A stretch of DNA of 64,000 bases, taken from assembly GCA_964195235.1 (NCBI GenBank), contig CAXMOW010000006.1, forward strand, positions 4,477-68,476, written 5' to 3'. Below the pieces are notes generated by a model. The model saw only the letters and a list, made by a program, of their open reading frames with translations, was not told where the DNA came from and ran no database searches. The DNA is from an uncultured Acidimicrobiia bacterium (GTDB taxonomy: Bacteria; Actinomycetota; Acidimicrobiia; Spongiisociales; ZC4RG35). Every line of letters starts with the position of its first letter. Positions within the stretch are counted from its first letter, which is position 1. This document shows, piece after piece, positions 41,570-50,878 of the stretch. The translations under genes were made by a program, and so were the position numbers.

Positions 41570-42880
41570 CTATCCAGCGTGGGGGGTAGGGGAACTCATG
41601 GGGGCGGGTATGAAACGTGTCAGATCTTCGGAATCGAGGTGTCGGCCGAGACCGATCAATGCGATCTCAGAGTCTTGTGGCCCGATGATCTGAAGAGACG
41701 CCGGGGGGTGACCGGAATCTGCCAATGGAAGGGCGATCGCTGGGTGAAGCGAGTGGTTGACGATCGCAGAGAAGTAGGAAAGTACTGCCCGGTAATGCCG
41801 ACCACCGATGAGATCATCGCCGATCAGCTTGCGACGAACCGGTACGGTCGGTGTGATCAAGAAATCAATAAGTCCAAAGACGTCTGAGAACCTCTCGCGA
41901 ATCGTCTGTTGCCACTTGCGTGCTGTCTCCACATCAGAGGCAGTGACCAGGTCAGCTGCGTCGAGGCGCTGTCTCACGTCAGGGCCGTATTCGCTTCCAG
42001 CCTGACGAAACTCGCGATGGACCTCCCTTACCTCCTCGGAGATCGCATTCCACAGTTGATCCGACGGGAGAACATCGGGCATCTCGATGGGGTGAATCAC
42101 GTGGCCAAGGGATCCAAGGGTGTCGATGGCATTCTGGAAATCGGAGGCGATGTCGTCGTCGGTTGGGGAGCGCTCGAACCAAGGCTCGGGCACGCCGAAA
42201 CGGAGATGTGTCTGTTCTGGTTCGGGCGCTGTGTCTCCTGACATCGCTCGATAAGAAGCCTCGATGTGGTCTATTGAGTCAGCCAGCGGCCCAACGGTGT
42301 CGATTGAAGGAACCAGCGGAAAGACACCTTCAAGAGAGATGCGTCCATGAGTTACTTTGAGTCCGTATGTGCCGCAAAGGGCAGCGGGGACCCTGACCGA
42401 CCCGCCCGTGTCGGTACCTAGCGCGATTGGAACGATTCCAGCGGCCACCGCCGCTGCGGATCCACCAGAGGACCCACCTGGTGAGGTTGTGGGATCCCAA
42501 GGGTTCTTCACGGCCCCCCAAAATGGGTTCTCAGATGAGAAACCAAAGGCGAACTCGTGGAGACCAGTCCGGCCGATAGCGACACCCCCCGCCTGTTCGA
42601 CTGCGCTGACACAGAGCGCTGACCGTTCCGGTGTCACCCGGTAGAAGGATGACCCATTTGTTGTGGTGCGGTTGGCCTGATCAATCAGGTCTTTGACTGC
42701 CACCGGTGACCCGGCGAGCGGCCCGATGTCGTGACCGTCCTCGATCCTCTGATCCAGAGCCGCTGCCCGCTCGAGTGCACCCTTATTGTCGATCGAAGTG
42801 AAGGCATTGAGGGCCTCTTGAGACGCTTGAGCAGCCTCTAAGGCATGTGCGACTCGCTCAACTGTGGTACGTCCGGACAC
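41570..42880 (-). CDS. Amidase signature family protein
   Basis: VAVKD, PGGSSGGSAAAVAAG, GTDTGGSVRVPA; start set to GTG 42880. Confidence 0.9.
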   Translation of the reverse strand: MSGRTTVERVAHALEAAQASQEALNAFTSIDNKGALERAAALDQRIEDGHDIGPLAGSPVAVKDLIDQANRTTTNGSSFYRVTPERSALCVSAVEQAGGVAIGRTGLHEFAFGFSSENPFWGAVKNPWDPTTSPGGSSGGSAAAVAAGIVPIALGTDTGGSVRVPAALCGTYGLKVTHGRISLEGVFPLVPSIDTVGPLADSIDHIEASYRAMSGDTAPEPEQTHLRFGVPEPWFERSPTDDDIASDFQNAIDTLGSLGHVIHPIEMPDVLPSDQLWNAISEEVREVHREFRQAGSEYGPDVRQRLDAADLVTASDVETARKWQQTIRERFSDVFGLIDFLITPTVPVRRKLIGDDLIGGRHYRAVLSYFSAIVNHSLHPAIALPLADSGHPPASLQIIGPQDSEIALIGLGRHLDSEDLTRFIPAPMSSPTPHAG

Positions 42881-42891
42881 GGCCCGGGACG

Positions 42892-43971
42892 CTACTCCTC
42901 GATCGTGAGGCCAAGGTGGGTTGGAACCAGTGACATCCACGATTTACCTGGTGGCACCAACATCACCTCGCCGTTGGCATCAAGGAGGGAGAACCACACT
43001 TCCTCACTCTCGCGCTCCCAAGTCCCCTCAATCACTAGACCGTCGGCGAACACAAAAGCCTTGCCCGAACCGGTGACCCGGGAACTCGGCAGAGAACTAC
43101 CAGACACCCCCGCTGGTGGGTGGGCGGTATACGACTCGGTAAAAAGAACGATGAGGATTGGAACGGAGACTCGCTGTTCCTTCCCATCGCTGTCGAGGTA
43201 GGTCCCATCTCTGCCGTACGCAGTCCGCAGCCACATCTTGGTCAACGGATCCCAATCCCAGACGACATCAGAGCTGTCAAGGTCGATGGTGACCGAGCTT
43301 GCCGTTTCGGCGAAATCAGAGAGGGGCCCGAATTCCCAGAATGGGCCAAGGGGTGGCGCATCGGAGTATCCGCGATCATCGGCTACGTCACGCAGAATGT
43401 TGGTGTCTACATAGAGGTTGTGTGGCGCATTCCGCTCCGGAATCCGGAAGGTTCCTTGCGACAGTTCCTTGATGAGGTTCACACCCTTGGATCGGATGAG
43501 ACTCTGCACCCACGCTTGGGCGCCTGAGATGACGAAGGTCGGTTCTTCGAAGCCGGCGAGAATGGCTGCATCCGTTGGCCGACCTGAGCGGTTGGGCCCC
43601 AGGTACTCGGAATCGGACTCGTGCCAGAAGGTCAAGAATCGCGTTATCCCCTCCACTCTCAGCTCCACCACCATGTCGGCCTCTTCGATGCCGGATTGGG
43701 GGTTCGCCCTGGGATGGTTGTCGATCTTGACAACCATCAGCCGGCGCTGAAGCAGCTCATCATCCTCTACGGGGAGACCGTTGACGAGCGACGTCGAAAA
43801 CGTCTCCGCCGTTGTGGTTGTGGTTGGCGGAATTGTCGTTGAGGTGGTTGTGGTGGAAGTTGTTGTCGGCTCGGAAGTAGATGTTGTGGTGTCGATCGGA
43901 TCAGCCGTACTGGCACTGCAGGCTGACAGGATCAATCCGAACGCGACCAACCAGGCAGTTGTGGTGCGCAT
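42892..43971 (-). CDS. DUF3048 family lipoprotein
   Basis: Lipobox LSAC, Thr-rich linker, VKIDN...A.PQSG...AD.V.E..VEG.TR, GP.RS.R, R.APHNLY. Confidence 0.85.
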   Translation of the reverse strand: MRTTTAWLVAFGLILSACSASTADPIDTTTSTSEPTTTSTTTTSTTIPPTTTTTAETFSTSLVNGLPVEDDELLQRRLMVVKIDNHPRANPQSGIEEADMVVELRVEGITRFLTFWHESDSEYLGPNRSGRPTDAAILAGFEEPTFVISGAQAWVQSLIRSKGVNLIKELSQGTFRIPERNAPHNLYVDTNILRDVADDRGYSDAPPLGPFWEFGPLSDFAETASSVTIDLDSSDVVWDWDPLTKMWLRTAYGRDGTYLDSDGKEQRVSVPILIVLFTESYTAHPPAGVSGSSLPSSRVTGSGKAFVFADGLVIEGTWERESEEVWFSLLDANGEVMLVPPGKSWMSLVPTHLGLTIEE

Positions 43972-44012
43972 GTCGGGACGATCTTAGAAAAAGCCGAGCG
44001 TTACTCCCGGTC

Positions 44013-44414
44013 TTACTCGATGAGTGTTCCGCCTGTGACCTGAAGATGAGGAAGGGCTGTTTCGGGTTGGTCGACCGAAACAGCGAACTCAATGCCATCT
44101 GAAGTGGCTCGCAGAACGTAGATGGCGTCGATGTTCACCCCAGCGTCGGCGAGCGATCGCGTGAGTCGCGCCAACTCACCTGGACGGTGAGGTAACACCG
44201 CCGTGAGCACTGTGTTTTCTACGTTCCTCAGCGCTGCTTCGCTCAACACCCGTCTCGTGGTGGCCGCATCGTCAACAATTAGGCGGACGGTGCCGTCGCC
44301 ATCGTGACCATAGGCTGTGAGAGCTTCGATGTTGACTCCGAAGGCGGCTAGAGCCTCGGTGAGCGAAGCAAGTCGTCCCGGCTGATTCTCCATCGCGACG
44401 ACGAACTCTGTCAT
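44013..44414 (-). CDS. Tandem ACT domain protein
   Basis: ENQPG.LA.L...LA..GVNI repeated as HRPG.LA.L...LA.AGVNI. Confidence 0.88.
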   Translation of the reverse strand: MTEFVVAMENQPGRLASLTEALAAFGVNIEALTAYGHDGDGTVRLIVDDAATTRRVLSEAALRNVENTVLTAVLPHRPGELARLTRSLADAGVNIDAIYVLRATSDGIEFAVSVDQPETALPHLQVTGGTLIE

Positions 44415-44427
44415 TACATGTTCGACT

Positions 44428-45378
44428 CTACGCATCGTTGATGGTCGCGCGCGCAAGAGTTGGGTCCGGGGGCTCCACTCGACCTCGCTCCATAAGGTAG
44501 GCGTGCCAGATGATGCGGGCAGCGATGGCTCGTATCGGCCGCCATGGCTCGCCGAGGATCTCGAGTTCGTCTTGTGTTGGAACCGAGTCCATCCCCAACA
44601 ACTCCTGGGCGCCAACCTGTAGAGCGCGATCTCCAACAGGCCACATATCTACGTGGCGAAGCGCCGACAGCAGGTATGCGTCGGCGGTCCAGAGGCCGAT
44701 TCCCTTCAGTTCAGTCAGGTGGGCCCTGGCCTGGGGAACCGACAGCTTGTCGAGACCATCGATGTCGAAGCTGCCATCGACTACGAGATCAGCAAGACCG
44801 AGGAGGTATTCCGTCTTTTGTCGAGTGACCCCAATTGAGCGCATGCCGTCCGACCCCAGCGCAGAAACTCGTCGGGGGGTCACCCCGCCGGTCGCCTCGT
44901 CGAGACGGCGGTACATTGCAGCGCCCGACTCCAACGACACTTGCTGCTCGAGGATCAGCAACACAAGGACGGGAAACCCTTGGCGTCGATGCCAAAACTT
45001 CGGGACCCCGTGACGATCGATGGCCGCGGCCAACGCCGTGTCCTCGGCGGCCAGCAGGTCACATCCCTCCCGAAACGTCGTTTCGTCGAGACGCTCGACT
45101 CTGGTCAAAACATGCTCGATTTCGATTGGACCCATTGTTCTCGAGTCGGAAAGTGTTGCCTCAGGATTGTCTGACAGAACCCACAGACGGTTCGATCCGA
45201 GAGCCGTTGGGGGCACAGCCACCCTTTTCACCATCCAGAAGTTCGCAAGCTCAGGGTGAGGAAAAACCACGACATCGCCAACCGACGGTTGGCGGGAGCC
45301 GGTTGCAACGATTTCTTCACCTGGAATCAGTGCTGGTCGCATCGAGTCCTCGGCTATGCGGAAGCGCTTCATCGTCAT
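44428..45378 (-). CDS. Fusion of NiSOD maturation protease (SodX, S26-like) and AlkA-type HhH-GPD DNA glycosylase
   Basis: aa 1-94: SM.P.L.PG, GDVVV..HP, VKR, V..DN, DSR..GP; remainder: ILEQQVS, G..RQK..Y, KGIG.WTA..YL, D.WP.GD, W.P.R..AA...W. Confidence 0.85.
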   Translation of the reverse strand: MTMKRFRIAEDSMRPALIPGEEIVATGSRQPSVGDVVVFPHPELANFWMVKRVAVPPTALGSNRLWVLSDNPEATLSDSRTMGPIEIEHVLTRVERLDETTFREGCDLLAAEDTALAAAIDRHGVPKFWHRRQGFPVLVLLILEQQVSLESGAAMYRRLDEATGGVTPRRVSALGSDGMRSIGVTRQKTEYLLGLADLVVDGSFDIDGLDKLSVPQARAHLTELKGIGLWTADAYLLSALRHVDMWPVGDRALQVGAQELLGMDSVPTQDELEILGEPWRPIRAIAARIIWHAYLMERGRVEPPDPTLARATINDA

Positions 45379-45428
45379 GGTGGGGTCATGAGTATGGTCC
45401 CGACACCGACCAGATAAGAAGGAGAACC

Positions 45429-45836
45429 ATGCGTCAGGTAACTATCGCTCACGCCCATTGCGATCTCTATTGCGGGGTCTACGACCCGGCACAGGCAAAG
45501 ATCGAGGCATTGTCCGTGTTGAAGATCGCCCAGAAGTATCAGGAGTCAGATGACGAGGTCTTCAGGGCTCGCGCTCTCGCATTGAAAGAGAAGCAAGCCG
45601 AAGAGGTGAAGCACCATCTGATGGTGCTCTGGGCCGACTTTTTCACGGCAGACCACCGAACCGAGTTTTCCAATCTCGATGGCCTCTTCTGGAGTGCCAT
45701 TCACCAGGCGGGCGAAGCCAAGAAGTCGGCAGATCCCGCCGAAGGTCAAAAATTGCTGGATCTAATAGATGAGATCAGCGATATCTTCTGGCAGACGGAG
45801 AAAGCCAAAGGCATGGGGGTCTACCCACCCGGCTAG
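45429..45836 (+). CDS. sodN: Nickel superoxide dismutase precursor
   Basis: Propeptide MRQVTIAHA then HCDLYCGVYDPAQA.IEA, VKHHL.VLW.D.F, IFW.T; SD AAGGAG. Confidence 0.93.
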   Translation: MRQVTIAHAHCDLYCGVYDPAQAKIEALSVLKIAQKYQESDDEVFRARALALKEKQAEEVKHHLMVLWADFFTADHRTEFSNLDGLFWSAIHQAGEAKKSADPAEGQKLLDLIDEISDIFWQTEKAKGMGVYPPG

Positions 45837-46054
45837 ATCGAGTCAATGTCTCCCGAGCCATCTGTTTCCCCGTTGGAAGACGAGCTGAACTTAGTTCGCG
45901 CCCAGTCGGCTACACGACCGGCCCAGACCAGGTCTTTCGAGAGGAGGGCTAGACCACCGATGATGGTGATTATTCCGGGCCCGGGCAGGACAAGCATGAA
46001 GACGCCGGCAATGATCAGGCCAAAACCTGCGGTAATTCGTCCGATGCGTGCCAT
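45833..46054 (-). CDS. PGPGW-type small membrane protein
   Basis: G..MLVLPGPG...I..GLA.L.....WA. Confidence 0.8.
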   Translation of the reverse strand: MARIGRITAGFGLIIAGVFMLVLPGPGIITIIGGLALLSKDLVWAGRVADWARTKFSSSSNGETDGSGDIDSI

Positions 46055-46133
46055 ACGGGGAAACCTATCTGACTCTGATTGACCTTGCGATGAGGGTTGT
46101 CCCCGGTTGGGCCCCGATTGGTTGGATAGCGTT

Positions 46134-47783
46134 TCAGTCGTCGTCGACGTCGTCTAGCGCGTCGTCCTCGAGTTTTGCGAAAACCGGCTCGATCTTCCCA
46201 AGAGATGTTCCGCCTACAACCTCCGGTGCCGACCAGCCCTCCACCTCAGAGCCGATGCCAAGCATCGTTCCAATGGTTGCTGCCGAAAAAGGGAGATAGG
46301 GGGAAAGGGCAACCCGAATTGCCGAAATCGCCTGGATGGCAGTCCAGAGGATGGTGCCGGCGCGGTCCTTGTCCTCTTTGAGAACGTTCCAAGGCTCGGT
46401 TGCATTGAGGTAGGCGTTGACCTCCGACGCGGCGTCCATGGAGGATCGCAGTCCCGCCCGAAGTTCGACCCGCTCAATATGAGCACCCACCGCCTCGAGG
46501 GTCACCGGTCCTAGATCCAGAATCAAACGATCTTCGTCGGTCAGGTCCCCCGGTTCTGGGACCAGATCATCGAAGTTGCGCGTGCTCATGGAAAGGACTC
46601 GATTAACCAGGTTCCCCCACGTCGCCACCAGCTCTTCGTTTATGCGTCGGATGATCTCTTCATCGCTCAGGTCGGTGTCGTTTTGCTCAGGGAGGTTGGC
46701 ACCGATCGCGTAGCGGAGGCCGTCGGGCTGGAGACGCTCGTTGTACCAGCCGATGGGGCGCCCGATTCCCTTTGACTTCGATGCTTTGGCACCTTTGAAG
46801 GTGATGTACTGATTGGCAGGAACGTCAGTCGGCAGGTTCAGCTCCCCATGTCCGATGAGCATTCCCGGCCAGATCACTGCGTGGAAAGGGATGTTGTCTT
46901 TTCCAACGAAGTAGTAGGACTCCGCATCCGGGTCTTTCCACCACTTCTGCCACTGATCGGGATCGTCGGTATTCGATGCCCATTCAACTGCCGCCGAGAG
47001 GTAGCCGATCACGGCATCGAACCAGACATAAATTCGCTTGCCAGGACCCAAGTCGTCGACGGGCACGTCGACACCCCACTCGATGTCACGGGTTATCGCC
47101 CGTTCGGGGACTTCATCGAGCATGCCAAGCGCCCAGTTCTTCACGTGTTTGCGCCACGATGTCTTGGTGTTCAGCCAGTCACGAACCTCTGGCGCCAGGG
47201 CTGGCAGGTCAAGGAAAAAGTGCTCCGTCTCCCGTCGCTCTGGTGAAGCGCCACTCAGTTTCGAACGCGGGTTGATCAGGTCGGTGGCATCGAGAGTGCG
47301 ACCACAGTTGTCACATTGATCTCCCCGGGCGTCCTCATATCCACAATGAGGGCAAGTCCCCTCGACGTAGCGGTCGGGTAAGAACCGCTCAGTCTCAGGG
47401 TCGTAGAACTGCTCGGAGGTCCGTTTGGTCAGATAGCCATGCTCGAGCAACTCAAGAAAGAACTGTTGGGTGACAGTGTGGTGATTGTCGGTCATGGTGG
47501 TGGTGAAGAGATCAAAGGAGATTCCGAGCGTCTCCCAGTAACCGAGGATCATCGGGTGGTATTTGTCGACGACTTCGCGCGGCGTGATACCCATCTCGTC
47601 GGCCTTGACGGTGATCGGCGTGCCATTGGCGTCAGAGCCGGACACCATCAGCACGTCGTTGCCAGCCGTTCGCTGGTATCGAGCGAAGATGTCAGACGGC
47701 AGGTAAGCACCCCCAAGGTGCCCGAGATGAAGCGGACCTTGCGCATAAGGCCAAGCAACGGCGACAAGGATGCGGCGACTCAT
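46134..47783 (-). CDS. metG: Methionine--tRNA ligase
   Basis: WPYA.GPLHLGH, CPHC/CDNC knuckle, YVWFDA, GKDNIPFH, KASKS; start ATG 47783. Confidence 0.96.
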   Translation of the reverse strand: MSRRILVAVAWPYAQGPLHLGHLGGAYLPSDIFARYQRTAGNDVLMVSGSDANGTPITVKADEMGITPREVVDKYHPMILGYWETLGISFDLFTTTMTDNHHTVTQQFFLELLEHGYLTKRTSEQFYDPETERFLPDRYVEGTCPHCGYEDARGDQCDNCGRTLDATDLINPRSKLSGASPERRETEHFFLDLPALAPEVRDWLNTKTSWRKHVKNWALGMLDEVPERAITRDIEWGVDVPVDDLGPGKRIYVWFDAVIGYLSAAVEWASNTDDPDQWQKWWKDPDAESYYFVGKDNIPFHAVIWPGMLIGHGELNLPTDVPANQYITFKGAKASKSKGIGRPIGWYNERLQPDGLRYAIGANLPEQNDTDLSDEEIIRRINEELVATWGNLVNRVLSMSTRNFDDLVPEPGDLTDEDRLILDLGPVTLEAVGAHIERVELRAGLRSSMDAASEVNAYLNATEPWNVLKEDKDRAGTILWTAIQAISAIRVALSPYLPFSAATIGTMLGIGSEVEGWSAPEVVGGTSLGKIEPVFAKLEDDALDDVDDD

Positions 47784-47827
47784 TGGCCGGGGAGGGTAAC
47801 GGGGCGCAGTAGCTGAGGTTTGCGAAT

Positions 47828-48730
47828 CTAGGGCGAGGTGGTGACCGCAGAGAGGTGCTGGGTCGCCCGCTCGGCAAGGATGACCCCAGTGAGGATTAGA
47901 ACGGCCCCACCGATAATGGCCAGTGTGATGGTCTCGCCCAAGAAGAGAACGGCAAAGGTCACGGCCACCACCGGCACCGAGTAGCCGGTCAGTGCAAGGC
48001 GCGATGCAGGGTTCATTCCGGCTGCCACCAGGAACGAAGCAAAGGCCAGTGTGGTCCCGATGGCGCCAACCCCAACGATTAGCAGCCAACTCGCACCGTC
48101 CACCGAAGCCACGTCAACGTCAAACAAGAGCGGTGTCACGACAAGGAGCACCACGGTGTTGACGGTGAATTGGGGGAGCACCAACTGGTCGCTGGGCACT
48201 TCTAGGGCGAACCTCCTGCTCAGGGCGCTGCCAACCCCTGCCAGTGCCACGCCGATGACCATCCAGCCAACCCCGCGCCACAGGTTTCCCACACCTTCGA
48301 CGGTCTCGCCACCAATCCCGACAAGGACCGCCGAACCGATCAGGGCGATCAGGAGACCAGGAAACGACCGTGCCTGAAACCTCTCACCTGGCACCACGAA
48401 ATGGGCGGCTCCGATAGTTGCCAGGGGAATCAGGGCAATCAATAGCCCACTGAGACTCACGGGAAGATCCTCTAATGCCAGAGTCATCAGGGTCATTGGA
48501 ATGGCCATTGCCACTATCCCAAGCACGAAACCTCTTTTCCACGACTCACGACTCGTGGTGCGGAAGCGACCGGTGACCGCTATCACCAAAAGCAGGGTGA
48601 TCATGGCGAACACCATCCGCAGCGGAACCAGTGTGAAAGTGTCCACCCCGCGAAGGATCGCGGCACGACTGAGAACGGCCGAAATACCCCACCCAAAGGT
48701 GGCGGCGACAAGCGGGGTCCATGGACTCAC
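47828..48730 (-). CDS. DMT/EamA family transporter
   Basis: Ten TMs in two repeats, PV.AV....FLGE motif. Confidence 0.88.
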   Translation of the reverse strand: MSPWTPLVAATFGWGISAVLSRAAILRGVDTFTLVPLRMVFAMITLLLVIAVTGRFRTTSRESWKRGFVLGIVAMAIPMTLMTLALEDLPVSLSGLLIALIPLATIGAAHFVVPGERFQARSFPGLLIALIGSAVLVGIGGETVEGVGNLWRGVGWMVIGVALAGVGSALSRRFALEVPSDQLVLPQFTVNTVVLLVVTPLLFDVDVASVDGASWLLIVGVGAIGTTLAFASFLVAAGMNPASRLALTGYSVPVVAVTFAVLFLGETITLAIIGGAVLILTGVILAERATQHLSAVTTSP

Positions 48731-48789
48731 GAACGATGCAAGCTAGCCACACTCAATGTACAAGGGGAACTTGCCGATAACGTAGGGGG

Positions 48790-49890
48790 ATGCGTTTTCG
48801 AACCTTCATTCTTATTACGGTGCTGGCTCTGATTGCAGCTGCTTGCGGTCCATCGACCGGCGGTTCCGATCCGTCGTCGACTGAAGGTCAGTCCGACGCG
48901 ATTACCACGACTACGGACTCTCCGGAAGCGGTGATTTCGGCTCCCGACGCGATGCTCCTTTCCTACAAGCTTGTTGCCGGCGAGACGTACACCTACGACG
49001 TGGGTATCGATCAGCGCATCCAGATGATGGCTGAAGGTGACTCTGCTGCTCTTGGTGACGAGGAGATCCCAGGTGAGGTTGCGATCAATCTCAGCGGTAC
49101 AACCACTTTCACCCATTCAGTGGCTGAAGGGCTTGAGCCGGGGACATTTGAGGTGACGATCAAGGGTGACTTCACCGACCTTGCCGTCACTGGGACAGTT
49201 GACGGTGAGCCGATTGAGGCCGATCTTCCTGACTTCGCCGAGATGGAGGCGATCGATATCACGATTGTGGTTGATGAGCAGGGCAACATCATTCCCCAGG
49301 ACGATGAGGTGGGCGACATCTTCGGAGGCGACTTGGGCGGACTCGGGAGCCTTGGCAACTTTGCCGGTAGCGGCATGACACCCGGCCAGTTTGTTGGCCC
49401 ACCACTCTCGGAAGAAGAAGTTACGGTCGGTGACACCTGGTCGGAGACAATCGAGCTTCCCGGTGTCATGACGGAAGACCCGGTTACGACCGAGATCAAC
49501 TCCGAGGTGGTTGGCACCGACACCGTTGATGGTCATGAGGTTTTGGTAATCGACACCGAGTCGGTGACTTCGATGATCGAGTTTGATCTAGCTCAGTTCT
49601 TGATCGGGTTCTTCACTGCATTCGTGCCTGAAGATGGCACCGCTGAGTCGGACGCGCTCGTTGAGGACTTGCGGTTCCTATTCACGATTGACGAGACGGT
49701 TTCCAACATGACCACCTGGTTCGATGCCGAGACCGGCTACGCCCGCATGGCAGAGCTGAGCTCGTCAACACATTTCGTGATGGACATCAACATGCCCGAC
49801 GACGAATCCGGTGAAATGATTGGGTTTGTGATGGACATGAGCATCGCTCAAGACATCACCTACCACCTCACCGATAACTCCGGGGCTTAG
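48790..49890 (+). CDS. Acidic lipoprotein of unknown function
   Basis: Lipobox AAAC, beta-rich, V.VGDTW motif. Confidence 0.7.
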   Translation: MRFRTFILITVLALIAAACGPSTGGSDPSSTEGQSDAITTTTDSPEAVISAPDAMLLSYKLVAGETYTYDVGIDQRIQMMAEGDSAALGDEEIPGEVAINLSGTTTFTHSVAEGLEPGTFEVTIKGDFTDLAVTGTVDGEPIEADLPDFAEMEAIDITIVVDEQGNIIPQDDEVGDIFGGDLGGLGSLGNFAGSGMTPGQFVGPPLSEEEVTVGDTWSETIELPGVMTEDPVTTEINSEVVGTDTVDGHEVLVIDTESVTSMIEFDLAQFLIGFFTAFVPEDGTAESDALVEDLRFLFTIDETVSNMTTWFDAETGYARMAELSSSTHFVMDINMPDDESGEMIGFVMDMSIAQDITYHLTDNSGA

Positions 49891-49922
49891 ACCACTAGCC
49901 CATTCGGCGTAACATTCAGCCG

Positions 49923-50876
49923 GTGACCCTCGCACCTGCACGCACATCGATCCTGCCGGACCGAATCTCCACGCCGACCCTGCGCACCTTTCTCCGGGCA
50001 GTCCCGTCTGTGGATGAGGTAGGTGTTGTAGAGCGGGTTGACGCTCTTTCAAAACGCTCGATCAAGAAGGATTCGAAGCGGGCCGCCCTTGATTTGATCA
50101 TTCGGATGATCGACCTGACCACGCTCGAGGGGAAAGACACGGCCGGGAAAGTGATCCAGATGTCGGCAAAAGGGATCCGTCCTGATCCGACTGATCCAAG
50201 TGTTCCGTCGGTGGCTGCGGTATGTGTATATCCGGCCATGGTCAAATACGCGGTCGGAGCAACCCTGGCATCAACGGTTCGTGTCGTCAGTGTTGCCACC
50301 TATTTTCCGTCCGGCATGGCCGACACAACCTTGAAGGTCGCCGAGACAAAGCAGGTTGTGGCAGAAGGCGCTGATGAAGTGGACATGGTGATCGACCGTG
50401 GTGCTTTCCTCAGTGGGGAGTATTTCAAAGTGTTCGACGAGATCCGACGGGTCAAAGAAGCATGTGGCGACACCCATCTCAAGGTGATTCTGGAAACCGG
50501 CGAGCTCGGAGGTCTCGACAATGTGCGACGTGCCTCGATGTTGGCGATGGGTGCCGGTGCAGATTTCATCAAGACTTCTACGGGGAAAATCCAGCCGGCG
50601 GCGACCCTTCCCGTCACACTTGTCATGCTGGAGGCTATCCGAGAGTTCCACGACTCCACCGGAGTCATGGTCGGTATGAAACCAGCCGGTGGTATTCGCA
50701 CGTCGAAGGACGCGATCAAGTACCTAGTGGTTCTCAACGAGACACTCGGCGAAGCCTGGATGTCGCCAGACTGGTTCAGGTTTGGCGCCTCATCGTTGCT
50801 CAATGACGTCCTCATGCAGATCCGTTGGCTAGAAACGGGTAGATACGCGTCGCCCGACTACTTCACCCAGGACTGA
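49923..50876 (+). CDS. deoC: Deoxyribose-phosphate aldolase
   Basis: DLTTLEG.DT, GADEVDMVI, LKVILETGEL, FIKTSTGK, KPAGGIR, RFGASSL. Confidence 0.96.
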   Translation: MTLAPARTSILPDRISTPTLRTFLRAVPSVDEVGVVERVDALSKRSIKKDSKRAALDLIIRMIDLTTLEGKDTAGKVIQMSAKGIRPDPTDPSVPSVAAVCVYPAMVKYAVGATLASTVRVVSVATYFPSGMADTTLKVAETKQVVAEGADEVDMVIDRGAFLSGEYFKVFDEIRRVKEACGDTHLKVILETGELGGLDNVRRASMLAMGAGADFIKTSTGKIQPAATLPVTLVMLEAIREFHDSTGVMVGMKPAGGIRTSKDAIKYLVVLNETLGEAWMSPDWFRFGASSLLNDVLMQIRWLETGRYASPDYFTQD

Positions 50877-50878
50877 AC

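Noticed and set aside
41570-42880. Amidase as gatA
   Set aside because: No gatB/gatC neighbours, so it is left as a generic amidase.
44835-45428. 198-aa N-terminal extension of sodN in the ORF track
   Set aside because: Antisense to sodX-alkA; the SD and propeptide define the start at 45429. Similar over-extensions were trimmed for TetR, thrC, atpH, korB, metG, paaD/E and pth.
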